Below are positions 58,137 to 64,000 of a stretch of DNA of 64,000 bases, piece by piece. The number at the start of each line of letters is the position of its first letter. Positions within the stretch are counted from its first letter, which is position 1. The stretch lies in contig JAVJUA010000056.1 of NCBI GenBank assembly GCA_040219935.1, positions 14,611-78,610 on the forward strand. Direction: 5' to 3'. This DNA comes from Pseudomonadales bacterium (lineage in GTDB: Bacteria > Pseudomonadota > Gammaproteobacteria > Pseudomonadales > Azotimanducaceae). A program made the translations under genes and the position numbers. The notes under the pieces were generated by a model that ran no database searches, was not told the origin of the DNA, and saw only the letters and a list, made by a program, of their open reading frames with translations.

Positions 58137-58934
58137 TCAGGCAGGACGACGGTCCGGCAGCCGCTCCTCGCAGACCGCGTAGCCGGCTTCCGTCTGAATG
58201 CACAGGTAGTTGCCGTCGTCTCGACGCTCGGTCCAGGGTAGCACGCGGACCACGGGTGCCTGCCGGGTCGCCTGCAGCGCCGCTGCGACGGTCGGATACT
58301 GCGCCAGCTTCTCGACGTTGCGCAATGTGGGGAAGATGACCGTGCGTTCGCCGCTGGCCGCCTGCTCGAGGACGTCGACCGGGCGGATCCACACCGAGTC
58401 CACCGATTCGTGGCCGTCGTGCACGGCCAGGTGGTCGGCCGGCGCTTCGGCGAGAAAAAAGTGGGTGTCGAATCGCTTGGGCATCATGTCGGGCGTGACC
58501 CAGTGCGCGAAGTGCACCAGGCGGTCGCAGGCGAGCCGAAGCCGCTCGCGCTGCAGGAAATCGGTCATGCCGACCTCGCCGCTGTGCAGCGTGGTGCGGT
58601 AAGGCTCGAGCGCCGCCAGCCGCTCGGCGCCCACCAGAGAGGTCACCCCGTCGGATCGCGCCAGCAGAATGCCGCACTCCTCGAATGCCTCGCGGATGGC
58701 TGATACCTGCACGCCGCGCATGTCATCGTCGGCCGCGGCGCCGTCGAGCCGGGAGGCGAGGGCGCCATCGAAGTCCTGCGGGTCGGCCTTGCCGCCCGGA
58801 AACACCAGGGCGCCGGAGGCGAAGTCGATCTGATGGTGGCGCACCACCATGAACACCTCGAGGCCGTCGCGGCCGTCCCGCAGCATCATGATCGTGGCGG
58901 CCGGCACGGGTTGGGCTGCAGTCGGGTTGCTCAA
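58137..58934 (-). CDS. NUDIX hydrolase
   Basis: 265-aa ORF with a Nudix box (FPGGKADPQD...AIREAFEECGI). Confidence 0.85.
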   Translation of the reverse strand: MSNPTAAQPVPAATIMMLRDGRDGLEVFMVVRHHQIDFASGALVFPGGKADPQDFDGALASRLDGAAADDDMRGVQVSAIREAFEECGILLARSDGVTSLVGAERLAALEPYRTTLHSGEVGMTDFLQRERLRLACDRLVHFAHWVTPDMMPKRFDTHFFLAEAPADHLAVHDGHESVDSVWIRPVDVLEQAASGERTVIFPTLRNVEKLAQYPTVAAALQATRQAPVVRVLPWTERRDDGNYLCIQTEAGYAVCEERLPDRRPA

Positions 58935-58962
58935 GTTCTTACTCCTGGTCCGGGGCGGCGGG

Positions 58963-59859
58963 TCAACGCCCGGCCACGTAGCCGATGAAGCGGTCGAGGG
59001 TGGCCAGCTTCTGATCCATGGGGCCGAGGGTGAAGTCGGGCACGATCAACTCATCGACGCCAATGGCGCGGTACTGGGCGACGCGATCGCGAATCTCGTC
59101 CGGCGTGCCGATCAGATGCGGCTGCTGGATTTTGGCACCGCGCATCTTCTCGAGGTAGCCAGCGTCGTCGCTCATGAACAGCAGCGCCACCGCCGAGCGC
59201 TTGATCTCGCCCGGGTCGCGGCCGACCTCGCGGCAGTGGCCGTCGAGAACGCTCATCTTCTGCTGCAGAATCTCCGGCGTGCCCCAGACGTTCCACTCGT
59301 CGGCGTAGCGCGCCGTGATGCGCAGGGTGACACGCTCGCCGCCGCCCCCGATCAGCAGCGGCAGCGGGCGCTGCACCGGCTTCGGCTCGAGGCTGGCGTG
59401 TTCGAGCTGGTAGAAGCGGCCGTCGAAGCTGGCCTCGCGCTCGGTGAACAGCAGCTTGATCACCTGGCAGGCTTCATCCAGACGCTGCAGGCGCTCGGCC
59501 ACGGTGTAGAAGGGGATGCCGTACTGGCGGTGCTCGTTCTCCTGCCAGCCGCTGCCGAGCCCCAGCACCACCCGGCCATCGGTGATGTGGTCGAGGGTGG
59601 CCGCCATCTTGGCGAGCACGGCGGGGTGTCGATAGGTGTTGCCGGCCACCAGGGTGCCGATCCGCAGCCGCGGCACCCGCGCCCCCAGGGCGGCGAGCGT
59701 GATCCAGGCCTCCGGCCAGGGGGTGGTGGTGTCGGCGGCGTTGGGCATGAAGTGGTCGGCGTACCAGACGCCGTCCCAGCCCGTGCGCTCGACGTGCTCG
59801 GTCAGGCGCAGCACGTCGCCGAACGCCTGACTCGGCGTCGGCCAGAAGCTGAACCGCAT
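58963..59859 (-). CDS. LLM-class (luciferase-like) flavin/F420-dependent oxidoreductase
   Basis: 298-aa ORF with the typical LLM N-terminus (MRFSFWP..., GWDGVWYADHF, LGLGSGW). Confidence 0.85.
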   Translation of the reverse strand: MRFSFWPTPSQAFGDVLRLTEHVERTGWDGVWYADHFMPNAADTTTPWPEAWITLAALGARVPRLRIGTLVAGNTYRHPAVLAKMAATLDHITDGRVVLGLGSGWQENEHRQYGIPFYTVAERLQRLDEACQVIKLLFTEREASFDGRFYQLEHASLEPKPVQRPLPLLIGGGGERVTLRITARYADEWNVWGTPEILQQKMSVLDGHCREVGRDPGEIKRSAVALLFMSDDAGYLEKMRGAKIQQPHLIGTPDEIRDRVAQYRAIGVDELIVPDFTLGPMDQKLATLDRFIGYVAGR

Positions 59860-59945
59860 GATCTCTCCCTCGACAACCGCTAGGTCGGGCGGGATGTTCG
59901 CTTATGTCCCTGGCTATGGCAAACTCGGCCGCAAGGGGGACTGCC

Positions 59946-60470
59946 ATGCCGATGCTACGCACGGAAAGGCTGGTGCTGCGTCCGATCGCAGGCTCGGACG
60001 CCGTCGCGCTGCACCAGTTCTGGACGGATCCGGCAGTTCGTAAGTACCTGTGGGACAACGAAATTATCTCGAAGCAGCAGGTTCGTCAGATCATCGAGGA
60101 GAGCGACCGGTGCTTTCAGGAGGTGGGCTGCGGACTGTTCGCCCTCGAGCTCCTGGAGGCGCCCGGGCAACTGGTCGGCTTCTGCGGCCTGCGGCGCATG
60201 ACCGATGGTGCGGACATCGAGCTTCTGTACGGCATCCTGCCGAGGTACTGGGGTGAAGGCATGGTCACGGAGGCGGCGCGAGAGGTGCTGCGGTTCGGCT
60301 TCGACGACTGCGGGCTGCCGCGCATTCTGGGCGCGACCGACACGCCCAACCAGCGCTCGGTTAGGGTCATGCAGCGGCTCGGCATGATCTTCGAAGAGCG
60401 GCGCAACTATCGGGGGCTCGATACCGTCTTCTACAGCGTCTCTCCCGAGGAGCTTGCGGCCTCGCGGTGA
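59946..60470 (+). CDS. GNAT family N-acetyltransferase (RimJ/RimL-like)
   Basis: ATG 59946 (MPMLRTERLVLRPI...). Acetyl-CoA binding region (YWGEGMVTEAAREVLRFGF). Confidence 0.85.
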   Translation: MPMLRTERLVLRPIAGSDAVALHQFWTDPAVRKYLWDNEIISKQQVRQIIEESDRCFQEVGCGLFALELLEAPGQLVGFCGLRRMTDGADIELLYGILPRYWGEGMVTEAAREVLRFGFDDCGLPRILGATDTPNQRSVRVMQRLGMIFEERRNYRGLDTVFYSVSPEELAASR

Positions 60471-60751
60471 GCGTCGGGATTCTGAAGGTCGAGTTCTATC
60501 TGCACGGCTGCCGGTCGCTGAAGGAGAAGCGACAGCGCCTGAACGGCCTGCGTGAGCGCTTCGGGCGGGCCCACAACGTTGCGGTGTCGGAGAGCGACTT
60601 CCAGGACCTGCTGCAACGCGCGCAGTGGACGTTCGTGGCGGCGTCGGCCAGCAGCGACATCGTGGATCGCGCGCTCACCGAGATCGAGCACAATCTCCAG
60701 CAGACGGTGGATGCCGAGCTGGTCGGTGTGCGTCGTGCCTGGTTGGACTGA
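60467..60751 (+). CDS. DUF503 (YlxP-like) protein
   Basis: 94-aa ORF. GTG 60467 overlaps the GNAT stop (GTGA). Motif LHGCRSLKEKRQ. Confidence 0.8.
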   Translation: MSVGILKVEFYLHGCRSLKEKRQRLNGLRERFGRAHNVAVSESDFQDLLQRAQWTFVAASASSDIVDRALTEIEHNLQQTVDAELVGVRRAWLD

Positions 60752-61763
60752 GCCTCCCGGGCGCACCTTCGTCCTGACCACGCTTGTGCTCCTTGCGGCC
60801 GCCGGCTGCCAGCCGAGCGGCCCGGACGCGGTGCTGTCGGACTACGTGACCCGGGTCGCGCGAATCGTGGAGCAGCCGGTGCTGCCGGCACCGCCCGAGG
60901 CACTGATGCCCTATCCGGATGCCCGCGACCTGAGCGTCGACATTCCGCGCCGCACCATCGACATCGCCGAGTTCTTCGAGCTCCACGGCTGCGACATGGG
61001 TGCTCTGGTGGGTCTGCGCAACAGCCCGCTGGGGCGCCTGCAGACGCCCAGCCAGCGTCTCGGCTACGAGGCCGCCTGGCTGGCGGCGCTGGCCCGCTGC
61101 GGCGGTGGTGCCGCGGACTGGGCGCAGACGTTGGGGGACGACAAGCGGGCGCTGCTGCCGGCGCTGTTCTGGAATGCCACCTTCGCCGCCCCGGAGCTGC
61201 GCACCGCCATGGGCGGTGCCGGGGCGGCACCGGATGCCGACCTGGCGGACCTGCTCCGATCGCTGCACGACAGCTACCGGGCTCTGGGCGCCGGCAGCTT
61301 CGACCTCTCCGCGCTGGAGCAGACGCTGGCTCGTCTGCGCACCGGGAGTTGGGTGGGTCCGGCACGGCAGCGCTGGCTGCAGTGGCGGCGGCATCTGCAG
61401 GCCACGTCCGCGTTGCTTGGTCCTGCGGCGCCGCGCCTCTGTCTGAATCAGCAGCCCACCCCGCGCAGCCGGCGGCTGCAGAACGTGTTCCTCGGCTTCT
61501 ACGTCGAGCAGATTCAGCCCGAGCTGGCCCGGGAGATGGGGCGTCATGCAGCCTGGATCGAGGAGATCGAACGCCTGACCGGCGCCCTCGGGCCGGTCGT
61601 GCCGGAACCGTTCCAGCAGTGGTATGCCGCCGTGCTCGACCCGGCCGAACCGGGCAGTGAGTGGCAGCGCACGCGGCTGGCCGTCACCGACCACGCCCGG
61701 GCGTGGCAGCGGCTGCTGGCAGCCTGCGGTATTGAACCGGGCGCTGGCGTGAGACAGGATTGA
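60735..61763 (+). CDS. DUF3080-like lipoprotein
   Basis: 3' part of ORF 60552..61763. GTG 60735 (or 60726). Lipobox LLAAAGC. Family recall is weak. Confidence 0.6.
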   Translation: MPGWTEPPGRTFVLTTLVLLAAAGCQPSGPDAVLSDYVTRVARIVEQPVLPAPPEALMPYPDARDLSVDIPRRTIDIAEFFELHGCDMGALVGLRNSPLGRLQTPSQRLGYEAAWLAALARCGGGAADWAQTLGDDKRALLPALFWNATFAAPELRTAMGGAGAAPDADLADLLRSLHDSYRALGAGSFDLSALEQTLARLRTGSWVGPARQRWLQWRRHLQATSALLGPAAPRLCLNQQPTPRSRRLQNVFLGFYVEQIQPELAREMGRHAAWIEEIERLTGALGPVVPEPFQQWYAAVLDPAEPGSEWQRTRLAVTDHARAWQRLLAACGIEPGAGVRQD

Positions 61764-61766
61764 GCC

Positions 61767-62147
61767 ATGAGTTCCCTGCTCCTTGTCGTGGTCGTTGGCG
61801 CCCTCTGCTTCTGGTGGGTGCGCAGCAACCGTCAGTCACGGCAGCGCTGGCTGCAGCGCCTCGACCTGCCCGGCATCTGGGATTGGGAAGGCCATGACGG
61901 CACGATCGAGCTGGAGGGCGGGCTCGACCGCGGCCGCTACCGGCTGCGTGAGGACGATGCCGAGGAGCAGGGCGAGTGGACGCTGCACGGCCACGACCTG
62001 GTGCTGACGCCCCGGCGGGGCGGCGCCAGCGCGCTGGACCTGCGGCTGTTCACGGAGGGCAAGATCGGGCTGCATGGCCAGGGCCGCGAGCACCGCATCT
62101 ACATCAAGCGGCGGGGCAACGTGGTGCCCCTGCGCCGGCCGGCCTGA
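61767..62147 (+). CDS. Hypothetical membrane-anchored protein
   Basis: 126-aa ORF with N-terminal TM helix MSSLLLVVVVGALCFWWV. It starts 3 nt after the preceding stop. Confidence 0.55.
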   Translation: MSSLLLVVVVGALCFWWVRSNRQSRQRWLQRLDLPGIWDWEGHDGTIELEGGLDRGRYRLREDDAEEQGEWTLHGHDLVLTPRRGGASALDLRLFTEGKIGLHGQGREHRIYIKRRGNVVPLRRPA

Positions 62148-62181
62148 GACCCGGCGGGACGCTCATGCCCAGCCGGGCGCG

Positions 62182-62325
62182 TCAGCGCTTGCGGCGGTCG
62201 CTGCGATCCGGATTGCGGCGCGGGGCGAAGTCATCGGCCAGCCGCTCCGGGTTGCGGCGATCCTGCCGCTTGCTGCGGCGGTCCGGGGCTCCCGTGCGGC
62301 GCTCTGGGCCTTTGGCTGGAGACAT
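62182..62325 (-). CDS. Possible 47-aa highly basic micro-protein
   Basis: Not in the track (<60 aa). MSPAKGPERRTGAPDRRSKRQDRRNPERLADDFAPRRNPDRSDRRKR, with ~83% GC3. It lies in an otherwise gene-free 267-bp gap. The RBS is weak (GGAA). Confidence 0.3.
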   Translation of the reverse strand: MSPAKGPERRTGAPDRRSKRQDRRNPERLADDFAPRRNPDRSDRRKR

Positions 62326-62426
62326 GGTCCGTTCCGGCTGCGAGGCATGATCATGCTACCACCAGGGCCGGTCAGGCTCACCCGGGTCGGTACAATGGCG
62401 CCCCGAAATCATGTTTGGATGCGTGC

Positions 62427-63323
62427 ATGAAATCGACTCTGGAGTCCCTCACCGAGGATGCGCGCGAGCTCGCCAGACGCGCCCTGGCGCTGCTGCCTGA
62501 CTCGGGCTCGGTGCGATGGGCGGAGTGTGCGGCCGCGGTCTGGGTCAGCGGCCCGCTGGGGGCCGGCTTCCGGGCGCACGGGGGCGTCGACGACATCACC
62601 CTGGATGACCTGCTGCGTATCGACGACCAGAAGCGCCGCATCGAGCAGAACACGCGCCAGTTCCTCGCCGGCCTGCCGGCCAACAACGTGCTGTTGTGGG
62701 GCTCACGAGGGACGGGCAAGTCGTCCCTGGTGCATGCGCTGCTCAACCGCTACCGGGAGGACGGCCTGCGCCTGGTGGAGGTAGGCCGCCACCGGCTCGC
62801 GGCGCTGCCGGAGATCGTCCGGCGGCTGCGCGACGAGCCCTACCGCTTCGTGCTGTTCTGCGACGATCTGTCGTTCGAAGCAGAGGATGCTTCCTACAAG
62901 GAGCTGAAGAGCGCGCTGGAAGGGTCGGTCTTCAAGGCGTCGGGCAACGTGCTGATCTACGCCACCTCGAACCGGCGTCACCTGCTGCCCGAGTACGCCA
63001 GCGACAACGAGCACGTCAAGGTCGGGGAGGGCGAGCTGCACGAGTCCGAGGCGGTAGAGGAAAAGATCTCTCTGTCGGACCGGTTCGGGCTCTGGCTGTC
63101 GTTCTATCCGTTCCGCCAGGATGCCTATCTGGACGTGGTCGCCCACTGGGTGACGCGCCTCGGCCGGGCTCACGGGCTGACCGTAGCATGGGACGATGCC
63201 CTTCGTGCCGAGGCACTGCGCTGGGCGCTGGCGCGCGGCGTGCGCAGCGGCCGCACGGCGCAGCACTTCGCCCGGCACTGGGTGGGCGCGCGGCTGCTAG
63301 CGGAGGTGGGCGGGAAGCCCTGA
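62427..63323 (+). CDS. DUF815-type AAA ATPase
   Basis: Walker A WGSRGTGKSS and Walker B FVLFCDDLSF. ATG 62427 is preferred over the track's TTG 62415. Confidence 0.85.
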   Translation: MKSTLESLTEDARELARRALALLPDSGSVRWAECAAAVWVSGPLGAGFRAHGGVDDITLDDLLRIDDQKRRIEQNTRQFLAGLPANNVLLWGSRGTGKSSLVHALLNRYREDGLRLVEVGRHRLAALPEIVRRLRDEPYRFVLFCDDLSFEAEDASYKELKSALEGSVFKASGNVLIYATSNRRHLLPEYASDNEHVKVGEGELHESEAVEEKISLSDRFGLWLSFYPFRQDAYLDVVAHWVTRLGRAHGLTVAWDDALRAEALRWALARGVRSGRTAQHFARHWVGARLLAEVGGKP

Positions 63324-63980
63324 GGCCTGTCGCTCTGTCGAGCCATGGACGCGTGCCCGCAGGGCTTCAAGCCGGCGTGCCACGTCGCGCTGGTCGGCGC
63401 CCGCGCCATCCAGATGGCGAACGCTGCGCAGCGCCGCCTCCAGACAGTCGATGGCCTGGGGCAGGCGGTCCAGATACTCCGCCTGCAGCGCGGCCTGGCG
63501 GTAGTGCTGAAACTCCAGCGTGCACAGGGAGTGATCGATGTTGTGCTCGCAACGGGCAATGTCGGCGCCGGAGACCAGACGGTCGCGCGCGCTGTGGGCC
63601 AGCAGCGACTTCAGCTCGTTCAGGGCCGCCAGCGCCTGCTCGCGAGCGGCGCCGGTGACCCGCCTGCCGTCATAGCGGGGCACGCGACCGATGAATCGGG
63701 CGATGCGCAGGGGCTGGTCCTGCAGCAGCGGATGGTCGGGGTGGATCCGGCGGGCACGCTTCAATCGCTGGTACATGATGCGGCCGATGGTCAGGCGCAG
63801 CGGCTGGGTCTGCAGCTCTGCGGGCAGATCATCGATGGCGGCCCACCAGCGATCCAGGGTGCGGCACTCGTCGGCGAATCGGGCGTTCCGGCGCAGGCTC
63901 CGGGCCCTCAGGCCCCAGGCCGCTGCCAGGCTCAGCAAGCCCACCAGCGCCACTGCCACGTGCCAGCTGCTCAGTGTCAT
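63297..63980 (-). CDS. Hypothetical membrane-anchored protein
   Basis: 227-aa ORF with N-terminal TM helix (WHVAVALVGLLSLAAAWGL) and a helical remainder. The 3' end overlaps the DUF815 gene by 27 nt. Confidence 0.55.
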   Translation of the reverse strand: MTLSSWHVAVALVGLLSLAAAWGLRARSLRRNARFADECRTLDRWWAAIDDLPAELQTQPLRLTIGRIMYQRLKRARRIHPDHPLLQDQPLRIARFIGRVPRYDGRRVTGAAREQALAALNELKSLLAHSARDRLVSGADIARCEHNIDHSLCTLEFQHYRQAALQAEYLDRLPQAIDCLEAALRSVRHLDGAGADQRDVARRLEALRARVHGSTERQASGLPAHLR

Positions 63981-64000
63981 TCCGTGTCCCAGATGCGTCC

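Noticed and set aside
58963-59859. F420 dependence of the LLM oxidoreductase as an oddity in a proteobacterium
   Set aside because: Cofactor specificity (FMN vs F420) cannot be decided from the sequence by eye, and no F420 biosynthesis genes are in the window. I report it only as LLM-class.

Overview
High-GC (about two-thirds G+C by eye) chromosomal segment. Gene content and order look gammaproteobacterial: an infC-rpmI-rplT-pheS-pheT-ihfA-MerR block, uvrB, mscL, and RND/TonB/OmpA/MltB envelope genes. I call about 62 protein-coding genes, 2 tRNAs (Val-GAC, Pro-GGG), one IS481-family insertion sequence, one frameshifted gene and one gene remnant. Left third: acyl-CoA metabolism (two acyl-CoA ligases, an ACAD plus APH-like kinase pair, enoyl-CoA hydratase, nitroreductase), argE, a phosphoesterase and a dipeptidase, a GGDEF protein, class I fumarase, DAHP synthase and a 1107-aa beta-propeller-amidohydrolase. 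Middle: a GntR-controlled MFP-RND-MATE efflux operon, uvrB, a P450, and a lower-GC DUF3604 + TonB-dependent receptor block abutting tRNA-Val. Right third: the translation/pheST/ihfA block, mscL, a hybrid sensor kinase, an IS beside tRNA-Pro, an OmpA-like protein, CoA/NUDIX/LLM enzymes and DUF503/DUF3080/DUF815 genes. I saw no rRNA, CRISPR array, prophage or recognisable defence or toxin system. The part least explained by ordinary annotation is the ~830-bp gap 25001-25835 between convergent genes. It holds a perfect sigma-54 -24/-12 promoter with an NtrC-type dyad upstream, an untracked 54-codon Lys/Arg-free acidic ORF, a near-perfect 41-bp tandem duplication very rich in GATC, two ~90-bp long-stem hairpins and a compact G-quadruplex motif. 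Most long ORFs in the supplied track that lie antisense to the called genes are high-GC shadow ORFs. All family names rest on motif recognition from memory; no database search was run.
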